NCBI RefSeq assembly: GCF_006345805.1
Contig: NC_043008.1
Span: 8,494,001 to 8,558,000 of the forward strand
DNA from: Octopus sinensis
Taxonomy: Eukaryota
Length of the DNA stretch: 64,000 nucleotides
Direction of reading: 5' to 3'
In this document: positions 34,531-48,489 of the stretch, one piece after another
Position numbering within the stretch: position 1 is the stretch's first letter
Layout: each line of letters opens with the position of its first letter
The notes under the pieces: generated by a model
What the model was told of the DNA's origin: nothing
The model's input: only the letters and a program-made list of their open reading frames with translations
The model's database searches: none
Position numbers and translations under genes: made by a program

Positions 34531-36227
34531 AAAGAAGGAAGACAACTCAAACAGACGGCAATTCATAGAAAGGTCAAGCTTAAAACTGTGAATAGTAAAT
34601 GGAGGATGAAAATACAATTGAATCTATTGTTGAGGAAAGATTATAATGTTAGATCCTATACACAAAAGAGGTGTTATCGAATGTGATATTATTTCGATAT
34701 TATTTTGGCTTACACGTTCGCAATGATTAATTTTATGTCGTGAAGACGCTCAACCATAAACAGATCTATGACACACACACACGTACGTACGTTTGTATGT
34801 ATGATTTTATGTATGTATGATTTTATGACACGTGCTAATCAATTTTTTAATGGCGGTGCCCCAGCATGGCCTCAGCTCGTGAGCTGAAACTGGATAAAAT
34901 AAAATAAAAAATAAAAAATATAAAAGTGCATATATCTGCAGCAATCCCTTAGTATATTTACTAATGAACATCAAACTTCAGTCGCTGTGGTATTTTTTTA
35001 AAGCTTGAAAAATATTTTGTGAATTTAAGGGAGAGATATATATAGACATTGATGTATATACGTGTATGCGGCTGTGCGCGTGTTTGTGTGGGTGTTGAAT
35101 GTATGTGTGTTTGGATATGAATCTATGCTTATATGTGTATATGTATGCATGTATATATGTATGCATATATATACGCGTATGGATGTATATTTATATATGC
35201 ATCTACGTTTGTATTCTCAAGCAAATACAAAAAGGGGAACGAAGAAGGAGAACAAAATTACGAATAAAAGAATGTTTTAAAATCGTTGTAATTATGCATA
35301 TGTTTTGAAACGGGTATTTTCCCAGATTTGGGGAATACAGGCTTCCATACATGCATTCCCAAGCCCACATGCAGTGACACTCACACATTCACACATGCAG
35401 GCATACATCATGCCTCTCTCTATGTATCCATCTATTTATTTATCTCTATCTACAATATATATATATAAGTATATATATATAAGCATATATGTATGTATGT
35501 ATGTATGTATATATATATATATATTTATATATACACATATATAAATGCACACACACACAGAGTCATATACATGTTTGTTTCGGCGAGTGTGTGTGTGTGT
35601 ATGGATGCGTGTGTGTGTATGGATGCGTGTGTGTTTGTGTGCTTGTAACGAAGAGCAGAGATGGGGAATGAGAGGCAGAGAGAGATTGCGGGAGAACTAG
35701 TAAATAAGGCATTTCAAAAATGTCTCAATCGTACATGTGTTTATAAAGGCGCATTTTCCCACATTTTGGCAATGTTTACATACACGAACAATAAGCACAC
35801 ATACTGCAAAATGAATCGCATGTCACAAATGCGTAATAGAGTATCAATGTATCTCTTGCGTTCGGTTTCACTTTAACAGTAGTCTCAATTTTGAGTGGGT
35901 GTGAATATACTTCTGACGTTATACAGGGTTTCATATAATTGACAGTATTAATTTTAATAAATTTTCATTCATAAGTGCATTGGCGTAAGTGCCATCATTT
36001 TCGTAACAATCTTCGCCATCACAATGAATAATTTTGGTCTTATTCTGTTTAGTTCTAGTAAGGTTGCTTTTGTCAGCATGTGATATATATATATATACAT
36101 TACCATTCTAACACACACACACATATTTATACGTATATATATATATGCGTATATATATATATATATATATAAATGTGTGCATATACATATATATGTACAT
36201 ATACATACATATATATATATATTATAT

Positions 36228-36305
<78 letters not shown>

Positions 36306-36799
36306 ACATACTATTTGCGATGTTCCACATCCCTCAAAATATATAATTTGAAAATCTTACAAGTAGGAAACCGGTTAAGTATACTATTTTTAATTCAAAT
36401 AAATCTTCATTTTCATATATGCTCTCTGTGTATTTTCCACATTATTTTTTCAATAGTTCTATTTAAGTGGATTATTAACTGTATCTATAGAATTATGTGT
36501 TGCGTGTGTATGTGTGCACGAGAGCAGGTGCGTGTGTTTGCCAGAGAGACAGTATTTTATATGTGTACGCCTGAATGTGTGCCTGCATACGTGTTTGAAA
36601 CTGATTCAGTATTTATGTTAAGTAATTCTGTTATATGTACCGTAGTGTTCACATCATTGTCTCCTTTTTTGGTGGTGCAGTAAACATAATGTCATAATTT
36701 ACAGACCAGTGAACGTCTTCACGTAGATTTACTCCGTATATTCTAGTTTCGGCTTAAAAGTATGCACGGAATGAAAATACAACAGGGACGTCCATATAT

Positions 36800-36860
36800 C
36801 ATCATCATCGTCGTCGTCGTCGTCGTCGTCGTCATCATCAACATCATCATCATCATCAAT

Positions 36861-36894
<34 letters not shown>

Positions 36895-36918
36895 ACATCA
36901 TCATCATCATCATTATTT

Positions 36919-36951
<33 letters not shown>
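36800..36951. repeat. compound (ATC)n/(GTC)n/(AGT)n microsatellite
   Basis: Direct inspection. Confidence 0.95.
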
Positions 36952-36953
<2 letters not shown>

Positions 36954-37046
36954 CTTATTACTCTTATCGTCTTATCTATTATTATTGATCACTTTTCATA
37001 TAATAGATTTAAAATTAACAACTAAAAACCGTTTTACCTACTTTTA

Positions 37047-37100
<54 letters not shown>

Positions 37101-37455
37101 ATGCAAAGGAGTGTTTACCAAATTAGTGACATTTAATGAATCGTGTTGTTTAAAAACGAACTCATCAATATTTGCGTGATGTTTCTCTCAACGTTTAATG
37201 ACTAACCGTCTGATCTGTCTTTTTTCTGAATAGATCTACGTGGATTTCAGTATAAGCTTTCTAATTGTTCGAAATAAACGCGCAAATTTATGTCCTTTGA
37301 TAAAACAGATTGCTGATTATCCTGGAAACATTAAACAATTTTAGCGCATTACACATGCTTACACACACGCGAGTTCACGGATGCATACTCACACAAACAC
37401 GCACATTCACTCACACGCAGAGACACGGACACCCACACCTATATTGTAGTATGTA

Positions 37456-37672
37456 GGCGGCGAGCTGGCAGACACGTTAGCACGCCGGGCGAAATGCGTA
37501 GCCGTATTTCGTCTGCCGTTACGTTCTGAGTTCAAATTCCGCCGAGGTCGACTTTGCCTTTCATCCTTTCGGGGTCGATAAATTAAGTACCAGGTACGCC
37601 CTGGGGTCGATGTAATCGACATAATCCGTTTGTCCCCTCTGTGTTTAGCATCTTGTGGGCAGTAGTGAAATA
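37456..37672 (+). mobile_element. SINE family A, near full length
   Basis: Intact head; TSD ATATTG(T/C)AGTATGTA on both sides. Confidence 0.92.
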
Positions 37673-39073
37673 TATATTGCAGTATGTACGCATGTACGTA
37701 TGCGTGCGTACATGCGTGTGCATGTACATATGTGAAGTGAGCTTGTGGTGTAATGGTGTGCGTGTGTATTTTGTACGATTGGTAGTCGTATGTTTCATTC
37801 TAGATGCGCTCGGGTCTTCAGTAATGTGGCTCTTTTCAAACTGCTTCAGTCCGCTCAGCTGAAAATGGTTATCAGCTCACTTAACCTATGACAGACTAAT
37901 ATCCTGTGAGGGGCTCACATACTGTAATTGTCACAGAAACTGAACTATGCTCGTCCTTAATGAGATCCTTGTCTCTTACGTGACATATATTCAAACCAAA
38001 TTTGTTGCGAAGTAACAATGAAAAATGAGATTACTTTTTACTCAGGCAGAAGGAGAAAAAGTCCAGGATTCACCTTATAATGTTTGTTGTTCCTAACTCA
38101 CAATTTCTAAAATATTTCCAGTAACTTTTCTCTTCACACACTTTCGGTGCTTCTTGCAGATGCTATAAACATGGATGATAATGTAGATAACATACACGCA
38201 CAAGTGATCTAGAAGTTTTCCAATGTAGTGCTAACCCTGGTGATTCATTCATGAGCATCTGTCTAGTTTAGCATCCAGGAGTCTGGTACTGTGTCGTATT
38301 AAGATCTATTATTATAAGGAAGAATTATCTTGGCAAATATCAGGATTAAAAAAATGTTCCTGTTACATCAATTTATATATCAAAATTCCAAGACAAATAG
38401 AGTTTCAAGAACAGCAAAAAGATCTTGAAACCATAAGCTTCTACGTTCTCTATTCTCTGTTGTATATCTTGAATAATGAACGCACATAACATTGCAATAG
38501 AATATGTCTATTTGCCCGCCCTAACTACGTTGGTGTTGTTTATGTTTTACTTTATTACTGCGTGATAACAGTAATTAATGCCGAAATAACACATAAACTC
38601 CATTTTCTGGAACTTTCCACCGTTAACTTGTTTTTATTGCCTTATTTTAATGCCGAAACCACAATGCTTCCATTAAACTACAAGTTCTGAAGTTTTATAT
38701 GCGTAGATGTTAGGATTAACCACTTAGGTGTCGCGCCAGTTTTACTACGCGTTATTTCACTGTACAACGGATTTACGAAAATCCATTTATAGAGCATGAG
38801 TTCTTTTCTGACGAAATATTTTCTCTTCTTCTTTTTTTTTTTTGTCAGTCGAAACTTTTGCTGTAGGTATACTAGAGGTTTTGTACAAAATATGTGTTTT
38901 ATTAAGTGAAAAACACTGTATTGAAGTCGCTACTATAAAATAAACCCTTTTTCTATATATATATTGATCAAATTTAGTGAACGGGAAAAACAATATTTGT
39001 TTCTTTTTACACAAAAGTCATCTGTAGACGCACCAACAAGGGAATAACTACTATTACTAGTATTATTAATAAC

Positions 39074-39130
39074 TACTACTACTACTATTACTACTACTGC
39101 TACTACTACTACTACTACTACTACTAGTAC

Positions 39131-39176
<46 letters not shown>

Positions 39177-39177
39177 T
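39074..39177. repeat. palindromic microsatellite (ACT)n-(AGT)n
   Basis: Dyad centre CTAGT|ACTAG at 39128/39129. Confidence 0.9.
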
Positions 39178-39550
39178 AATGATAGTTAATGATAGTTGTG
39201 GTCGATCCTTTCTTTTATGCAATAATCCGCATAAGTAAATCCGCCCTCTAAAATGCTCTAGACCGTGATTAATAGCAATGGTTAAACGGTAAAACTTGGA
39301 ATAACTCTTCAAATGGTCTACAAGTACAAAGATCTTGTCCCGTGTCATTCTTTATTAATTATAAACGTGTGCATATCTGTGTATGCATGCATATATTTAT
39401 GTGTATATATAGACGGATTGATCGATACGGATTGATAACTACTAGCTGCAATGCTGCCTCCCACTTCGCTCTATAGGAAGGTCGTTATTTGGAAGAATCT
39501 GAAAGGAATGGGGAGATGACACTGTATATAAATGTAGTAACGGGCATAAG

Positions 39551-39807
39551 TGGAGGCCCATGGCTTAGTGGTTAGAGTGTCAGCATCATGATCGTAAAAT
39601 TGTGATTTCGATTCCTGGACCGAGCGACGCGTTGTGTTCTTGAGGCAAACGCTTCATTTCACGTTGCTCCAGTCCACTCAGCTGGCAAAAATGAGTAACG
39701 CTGCGATGGACTGGTGTCTTGCCCACCTGGGAAACGCATGCGCCATTGAAACCGGGAAACCGGGCCCATGAGCCTGGCTAGGCTTTAAAAGGGCTCATTT
39801 ATTTTTT
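39551..39807 (+). mobile_element. SINE family D (tRNA head, CORE-like centre, LINE-like tail)
   Basis: TGGCTTAGTGGTTAGAG (A box), GATTTCGATTCCT (B box), GTGTTCTTGAGGCAAAC...CAGTCCACTCAGCTGGC, tail GCGATGGACTGG...GAAACCGGGAAACCGG; second copy at 43.7 kb. Confidence 0.8.
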
Positions 39808-39998
39808 AACTATTCGGCATAAAGAGAATTTGTCATATGAAGATCTGTCACGTCATAATTTCACTTCGTCATCTTGATCCTTAGTATTGTTGGTCTGAGA
39901 AGGGTAAAAGTTCAGCTGATCTTGCCGAGTCAAAAACTCCACGTTTTTCAGTTTCTTACTTCTGATCATGTATTTCTATCATTCTATCTTCATAGAGA

Positions 39999-40029
<31 letters not shown>

Positions 40030-40910
40030 CGTTTCAATAAATAAAGAGAGAGAGAGAGCGTTTCAATATATAAATATATTATTTTATAGTTCGTAAGTTT
40101 GAAGAATGGGCTTTTCGAAGGTGTAACTACGACCTCGTAATGTCCCATTGATTTCCTCTTGACTGGAAGGATTTAATCAATAAAACGATTAATATTGCGA
40201 GGCTTCTCTTTTCCCAAATGATAAACTGTAGCGTATGTAAAAATTTCAATTAGTCGCAAACTTTAAATATTCTCATTGCATGCAATAGAGTTCCGGAATA
40301 GTTTTTAAATAATTCCCGCATCAATATCCAACTTATTTGCCCTTTGTACATAAAATCCCTTCCCTACACTTTAGTTCGCATTTTGGTAGCCGCAAAGATT
40401 CAAGAGACATTTAAGCTCATAAAAGGCGGGACGTACGGGCGTCCCATAAAGGTGGACCAATGTAAAATAGAAATATACTTGTGTTTACATTCACGCCGAA
40501 TTAATTCTATTTGTTGAGGGTTGACATCAAAGGGTGAGACAATCTCCAAAGAAGGTATGGAAACATTTATAAGTAACCAAAGTAAGATACGTTAGCATAA
40601 ATGTTTGCTCCTCACGCTTGTACATTCCGGCATGAAACGTAATAATATTTCTACCCTAAAGACGAAGGATCTAATTATCCAATATTTATTTACATCCATT
40701 ACTGACTGGATAATTTGTTGAACTACATCTATCAACATTGCGATTGATATCCGTATCTTTAGAAACACCTGTTGGACTTGTAACAACTTACCTGCTACAC
40801 TTTAATTTTCTTGCTCGATTTTACTCTGTCTAAGGTTAATCAATTACTACCTATATATTTATACTTCAAAATTCATCGTCTGAAAATCTCCAGTCTGCTT
40901 TATTTCAGTT

Positions 40911-41118
<208 letters not shown>

Positions 41119-42007
41119 AACACAAGGTGTTATATTTAAGTGTTTATCCGCATAATTGCATTCATGTCTGCTCACCTAGTTTTTTTCTTGTAGTCACACT
41201 TTACCCCGCAATATTGGTCCTTTGTAAAAACGTCGGAGTCTAAGTTAGAATTGTTTGGGTGTCAGTACAGATATGTATATGGCTGCGCCTGTGTGATTAC
41301 AAATAATACACTCACAGGCACAAATACATATAGTTATACACATCCACAGCTATGGCATATCAATATATGCAGCGAGTGATGCAGGTGCTTACAGACATAC
41401 ATATCAATATATACATACCTATGTGTGTGTGTGTGTGTTTGTATGTGTCAGTGTGTACGTGTGATTATATTAGACGTATATAAAAAAAAGCACATACTAC
41501 CAGGGAACACATCTATCTATACATCCCAACATCCCAAAGCTGAAGCATTTATATTAGGTATTCAATAAAAAAATTATATTGAAAGAATTCCGACGCTGCT
41601 CTCACAGAAGCGCAGGAATGATAATTAATAGAGAAATACATTAATCCCGGGGCAAGCACTTGATTAGATTATCAACAGGCACTCCTTAAACATATCTTTT
41701 CAATCGCTTGACTGTGCTATATTGAAATCTTACGATTTCAAATATCAGATTTTTTTCTACTTGCCTGAAGTCAATAAGAGGCTGATACAGGTGTGAAAAC
41801 TTTCATTTAATCATTTAAGATTTGTTACATACAAACATACATCAACACAATACATATGAGTACATATAAACACACACACACGCTTCCACACACTCGCATT
41901 TGCACTCACACACGCACATATATATATATGTGTGTGTGTGGGTACATATATATACATATATATATATTAATATTTACACACACACAAACACACACACACA
42001 TGTATAT

Positions 42008-42043
<36 letters not shown>

Positions 42044-42046
42044 TAT

Positions 42047-42125
<79 letters not shown>

Positions 42126-42149
42126 CATACATACATATATACGTATATA

Positions 42150-42198
<49 letters not shown>

Positions 42199-42863
42199 TA
42201 TGGCTATCCACTCGTTACCGTAGAAAACCATTGCTGATCATTGCCCATGCGAAACGCTAGCAATACCTGTGTAAAACGTTATTGCACCAACAGTCGCCGC
42301 GGTGCCTCCTGTTCGACCAAGTATCGAATACTTACCTCGCCTGTATTGGCACGCCCTAAATTTCTATTCCCAATCAAGCCGGCACACCACCTCACCGACC
42401 CTCTCATCCTACTTACATGATCCAGAAACAAGCTAGACTAAAAATATATTCAGCGTTAATATAGGCTGCTGGCTCAGGAATATGGGAGTGGTATGATTAG
42501 AAGCGCAAGGATAAGATCTCTAAAATGTTGAATATCGTTCCCCGTCTATCTGGTTTTAACAAAGATAAAGGTTCCTCATTCCTAGGGTGTCTTCCAGCAT
42601 GCCGGACAACAAGAAGCTGGTAGGCCGCGCTTTACAAGATACTCATTGAAACTTCACTAGGTTAATCTGTTAGCTCACTTTTGAGATCTCTCATGAGTGC
42701 TACTGGTAACATGAAATCCAGTATAACTTGTCACATGATGAGGACGTCGTCGACTAATCGGCACCCCCATAAATATTTGCCTGAGGAGGTGAGCTGCTAG
42801 ACACCCAGCAGGACTAAAAACAGGACCCCTCAAAAGGACAGATATATCATACATACATATATC

Positions 42864-43300
42864 ATTTTCTACTCTAGGCACAAGGCCTGAATCTTGAGGA
42901 TCTTGAGGGGAGTGGGCCAGTCGATTAGATCGACCCCAGTACGTAACTGGTTCTTAATTTATCGGTCCTCACCCCAAGAAAGGAAAAGTTATCCTGGGCG
43001 GAATTTGAACTCAGAACGTAAAGAAAGACGAAGTACTGCTAAGCATTTCGCCCGGCGTACTAACGTTTCTTATTTCTTTATTGCCCACAAGAGGCTAAAC
43101 TTGAGAGGACAAACAAGGAGAGACAAACGGATTAAGTCGATTATTTCGACTCCAGTGCGTAACTGATACTTAATTTATTGACCCCGAAAGAATGATAAGC
43201 AAAGTCGACCTCGGCGGCATTTGAACTCAGAACGTAACGGCAAACGAAATACGGCTACGCATTTCGCCCGGCGTGCTAACGTTTCTGCCAGCCCGCCGCC
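42864..43300 (-). mobile_element. SINE family A heterodimer (full A1 unit fused to 5'-truncated A2 unit)
   Basis: Junction AACGTTTCT|TATTTCTTT at 43070/43071; the two units carry different tails; possible TSD CATACATACA(T/C)AT. Confidence 0.8.
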
Positions 43301-43496
43301 TGACATACATACACATGAATAAAAATACTTGATTTCGAAATGAGAAAACAGAGATTATCACTGACTGTGCTCTGGTATTTATGTACTTAAATTGTTAATC
43401 TAAATTATTATGACGTTGCAATCCTGCAGGCAATGTTATATATTTTTCCTATTCTTTTAAATATACATGCATACATATACACAGCGATTCTATTAT

Positions 43497-43539
<43 letters not shown>

Positions 43540-43698
43540 CATATTGTGTATAGAATGCTAGTTTTAATCCAAGCTTTGCCCTCGTGAAACACATCTGCTC
43601 GTTGCAGCAACCATATATGTGTATAGATGTATTAAATGAAGCACGCTGGTAGAAAATTCTGGTGAATCATATTTGCCTAGTAAGTTTGTACTAAAACG

Positions 43699-43925
43699 TG
43701 AAGGCGCGTGACATCCTGACTAGGATGTTGAACTAAAGATCGTGATATTGTGGCTTCGATTCCTGGACCGGGCAACGCGTTGTGTTTTTGAGCAAAACAC
43801 TTCATTTCACGTTGCTACAGTCCACTCCGCTGGCAAAAATGAGTAATACTGCGTCTGACCTGTGTCCGATGCAGTGGGGAATATATTCACAACGGAAACA
43901 GGGGAAACCAGCCCATGTGAGTCTA
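43699..43925 (+). mobile_element. diverged SINE family D copy
   Basis: GGCTTCGATTCCTGGACCGGGCAACGCGTTGTGTTTTTGAGCAAAACACTTCATTTCACGTTGCT matches the 39.6-kb copy. Confidence 0.8.
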
Positions 43926-44082
43926 TATGAGTCTGGAGGATCTTAATCCTCTCCTATGTATTAAAATACAGGCGAGAAATATTGGCCATATTGCGTGAGA
44001 TTAATTACCGTGTTGGAAATACATTATAAATATAAATATTAGTATCATTAATAATAATAATAATAACGATAATAATAGTAAT

Positions 44083-44440
44083 CCTTTCTATTAGAGGTAC
44101 AAGGCCTCAAATTAGGGGGAGAGAACTAGTCGATTACATCGATCCTAGTGTTTCACTGGTACTTATTTCATGGATCCCGAAAGGATAAAAGGCAAAGTCG
44201 ACCTCGATGGAATTCGAACTCAGAACCTAACGACGGACGAACTGCCGGTAAGCATTTGGCGTGGTGTGCTAATGATTCTGTTAGCCTTAATAATAATAAT
44301 TATTATTATTTCAAACTTTTACCACGAAGACAGCTTGTGAAAGGTGGGGATGAGTCGATTACATCGAGCCCAATGTTCAACTGGTAATTTTTTTAACGAC
44401 CCCTTGACCATGAATGGTAAAGTCGACACCGGCGGAATTC
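44083..44440 (-). mobile_element. degenerate SINE family A2 copy plus a partial second copy
   Basis: GGTACAAGGCC tail and GATCCCGAAAGGATAAAAGGCAAAGTCGACCTCG core; second core fragment at ~44345-44440. Confidence 0.7.
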
Positions 44441-44897
44441 CTAGTAGCTATATACATATAGAGAAACATATACGGGATCTCCTATCCGTAATACATCGGG
44501 CAAAAATTAAAGATCATATTGCTGGGATGAAATTGTAATTAATAGTTTATAGAATCTACAAATTATAAATCATCGTGCGTTCGCAAGCTAATGTGTGTCG
44601 GCAGGCATGATGTCTTCATTGACGCCCACCAGAAAAAGACATGATTTTGCTATATGTTCATAAGTGTATTGTGATATCACTTAATAGATATGCATTTACT
44701 TGTTCATGTATATGCAAGCCCCGTTTTGTCGATAAATAATTATATCTTTAAAGTAGTACGCCTAAACCAATATATATCCTCGCATATAATCTATCATTCA
44801 TTGCGCGTATATGTTGACATGGAGTCGACTCTTGCTTTAAGTAGGCTTAACTCATTTGCCGTAAGATATATGTACGCAATGCTATGCATTCTTAAGC

Positions 44898-44987
<90 letters not shown>

Positions 44988-45930
44988 AAAAAAATACATA
45001 ATACGTTTTATTGTTTTCGTCGTCTCTATCATTAATATAATTCTGGTAAATTCTGCAATCTATAAATTACAATTTTATCCAAGTAACACCCTCTTATTCC
45101 TTTTAATCTTTGTTTGAAGAAATATGAATACGAATTTCCATTAATGTTTTGTATATGAACATACCTATTTGTATCTATCCTCGCTCTCTCTCTGTCTCTC
45201 TCTCTCTCTCTCAATCTATCTATCTATCTCTATCTCTCTCAGCCTTTCTCTCTCACTCACTCTTTCTCGTTCTCTCTCTCACTCTTTCTCGTTCTCTCTC
45301 TCTTTCTCGGTCTCTCTCTCGCACTCTCTTGTCTTTTTTCTCATTCTCTACGTATGTGGACATGTACGTGTGTATTTCCCCTATATCATTAATTATCAGT
45401 AAATCTAATTTCTAATATATATCGCTATGCAAATTAGTGTCCCTTTATTGTCTACTGTGGTTTATATGAGACCTGTTCAATATTTACCTAATGTCTCTGA
45501 CACCTACCATTCTTGTTTCTTAATGAAAATAATGAACTGTAACCTTGCCGTACGCAAATGATTCTTTCTTCTCTTCATACGCTACAGAATTTATTTTCCA
45601 TAATGTCTCTTTCAAAGTTAGAGTAGATTAATTTTATGCCCAATTACCTGGACTTATTAACAGCTCGAGGGACAATTTGCAAATATTTTTTTCTAAGCAT
45701 GGACATTTGCATACATTTATATATATAATACGAATGTAGATCTAACAGGTCGTTAACCACATATTGCCCATTGAGGGCAATCTGAGGCTAACGAGCATCT
45801 CGTAATCATGATCAAATTTACTTTATGCTGCTGGTAAGTATTTAGATTATTGTTGCTTGAGGTGACCGTGAAGCTGTAGTGGTTGTAATTCTCCAAGACA
45901 CTACAAAAGATCCGATCAGCGTCATAGTGT

Positions 45931-46046
45931 TTACTCTTTTACTTGTTTAAGTCATTTGACTGCGGCAATGGTGGAGCACCGCCTTTAGTCTAGCAAATCG
46001 AGCCCAGGACTTACTCTTTGTAAGCCTAGTACTTACTGTATCGGTC
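45931..46046 (-). mobile_element. 3' tail (~115 bp) of SINE family B
   Basis: Matches the tails of the copies at 298 and 8312; homology stops at TCGGTC (46046). Confidence 0.88.
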
Positions 46047-46056
46047 CAAAAAAGCG

Positions 46057-46128
46057 TTCCCATGCCGGTAATGGGGCCCGGGCCGCCTGGGTGAAAGCCA
46101 GGAATCCTAACCACTAGACCACATGTGT
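46057..46128 (-). tRNA. tRNA-Glu(TTC): tRNA-Glu(TTC) pseudogene with 3' trailer and T6 run
   Basis: Minus strand ACACATGTGGTCTAGTGGTTAGGATTCCTGGCTTTCACCCAGGCGGCCCGGGCCCCATTACCGGCATGGGAA: D and anticodon arms intact (anticodon TTC); T-loop TTCGA mutated to CCCCA; two acceptor-stem mismatches; no CCA; followed by CGCTTTTTT. Confidence 0.88.
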
Positions 46129-46276
46129 GTTCAATGAATCTATATGAACTTGCGTGAGAAGTGTTCTTTATCATGAGAAACCACATTGTTGTAGCATCAG
46201 GGAATCGTGTTGGGAATGTGGGGTAGGCTAGTGTCTGTAGCTTCAATTTGGAATTTAGAACTTATATTGTAGTTTC

Positions 46277-46383
46277 TACTGCGATAACAGACTCTCTGCC
46301 ATATTCCATCTGGCGATCCTTAGGGACAGACTGTCCCTAATAATCGCAAGATGGAATATGGCAGTGAGTCTGTTATCGCAGTA
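46277..46383. repeat. 107-bp near-perfect palindrome (fold-back MITE-like, TA ends)
   Basis: 53-bp arms with 49/53 matches and a single central base at 46330. Confidence 0.9.
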
Positions 46384-46898
46384 CAGATGCTGCACTCTGA
46401 TCCATCCCTAAGAAACATTTTTGTAAAGAAATTACACCACAAACATCAACGGGTTGTGCACACCGGTCCGATCAGTTATCAACTACTTTAACGATCCTGG
46501 AAGGCATGAGTAGTTAATGAGGGTGTCTGCACTGCATTAATGAGTCCTACTGTTAATAAGATACGGAACTGCTTTTCTTTTTAATCTCTGATGATCCTGC
46601 TTCAGCTATTTTACTCCCTTTATTCCTATATATCATGTAATTAAAATCGCCTACTTTAGAGGGCCTTGAGGGTATATAAGGTTTTTTTGGCGAAACTGAA
46701 AGACTAATCAGCTTGTTGCTCTTTGCAGCATTCAAACGAGTTGATTTCGACATGGGCTGTCATGGAAAGATGGCGTGCTACATGACAATAATCTAGTAGT
46801 TGTCGATATGGTAACTGGGTTTGACTCAAAGATTGGTTTAATAGGAATCGATGAAACAATTGTTTAACTAAGCAATAAACGCGATTTGCTAACTCAAT

Positions 46899-46900
<2 letters not shown>

Positions 46901-46936
<36 letters not shown>

Positions 46937-47009
46937 TTTTTTTTTCCTCTTTCAAATTTGCTTCCATTTCTTGCCGAGTGTCTTCACGACTCCTAGGGCA
47001 AAGAAACTC
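46901..47009 (-). mobile_element. possible 3' end of a non-LTR retroelement with (TAA)n tail
   Basis: Minus strand CCCTAGGAGTCGTGAAGACACTCGGCAAGAAATGGAAGCAAA, an A-run, then (TAA)n; the assignment rests on tail architecture only. Confidence 0.3.
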
Positions 47010-47106
47010 AGAGTATACTTTGGTACGCCATTAAACCAAACTCAGTAGTTCGTTCATTTTTTTTTTTTTGAGTTAAATTAAAATACATGAGCAGCATTAT
47101 TATTAA

Positions 47107-47271
47107 TAGTAGTAGTAGTAGTAGTGTAGTAGTAGTAGTTGTAGTAGTGGTAGTAGTGGTAGTAGTGGTAGTAGTGGTAGTAGTGGTAGTAGTGGTAGTA
47201 GTGGTAGTAGTGGTAGTAGTCGTAGTAGTAGTAGTAGTGGTAGTAGTGGTAGTAGTTCTAGTAGTAGTAGT
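47107..47271. repeat. (GTA)n/(GTAGTAGTG)n microsatellite
   Basis: Direct inspection; explains the poly-Val ORF. Confidence 0.95.
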
Positions 47272-47889
47272 GAAAAACAGTAATTTAATAGAGTTATAAA
47301 TAAAAGATATGGTGAGAATATATTAACTTAATTCCGATGCCCCCGGTTTCGTACACTAACTCTCAGGCACACTTATATCCAGCAATAAACGTTTATATGA
47401 CAAAATATATTAAGTACTCCCTCATTGACAGCCTCTCACTCCTCAACCTCCAAGATATACATTTCTCATTGACATTATTGGCTTTTATAGTTCATATACT
47501 ATGTTTTACTTTTTCTGCCTCTAAGCGATCTTGTATATTTATGATACAATATCCTCATACAAGCGCAAGCGCGCATACACACACACACAGGCACATGTAT
47601 AATTTAAATAAAAATGAGATAAGAGAATTAACTCAGAGTGCCATATGTATGTGAGTGCGCACACGCTGGGTGGGTGGGTGTGTATGTGTGTTTGTGTGTG
47701 CGTGTATGTATATGTATGAATGATATTGTATATAATGAGAAATAAATAGATGCAAAGAAATGTGTTTTTGCTTTTATTCCTTGTATTAATTCCAGCCTTA
47801 GGGCAGCGATCATACTGGAGCACCAGGTATGTATTTCGTATCATATAAATGTATGTATATGAATTGATATATTCCGATATATACATATA

Positions 47890-47964
<75 letters not shown>

Positions 47965-47979
47965 CATATATATATATAC

Positions 47980-48032
<53 letters not shown>

Positions 48033-48429
48033 ATATTAGTGATATATGAGCATATGTATGAATATATAAATATACATTAATATATGTGCATATGTATGTA
48101 TGTATATATATATATATATGTGTGTGTGTCTGTGTGCGTGTGTGAGCGTGTGTGTGTGTGTGTGTATTTCACTCGATGCTATAAAGTTGCGTACACTGCG
48201 AACATTCATTGGAATAAAATACAATTACGGGGGAAATATTTCGCATAATTTTATTGACTCCGAACTTTGGTGCTTCCAGCAGAAAGAAGGGTTATATATC
48301 TTAGTAGCTAACACTAAACACATACATAATGAAACAAATGAATGAGGTATTTAATAATACACTCACAGAGGAAGTGTCGGAGTTTACCCCGCTAGTATAT
48401 TGGCAATAATCTTCACAACAATGAAGTGA

Positions 48430-48451
48430 CAACAACAATAATAATAATAAC

Positions 48452-48489
<38 letters not shown>

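Noticed and set aside
46727-46810. Strong acceptor CTCTTTGCAG followed by donor ATG|GTAACT
   Set aside because: All three frames contain stops; at most a non-coding exon, and unsupported.
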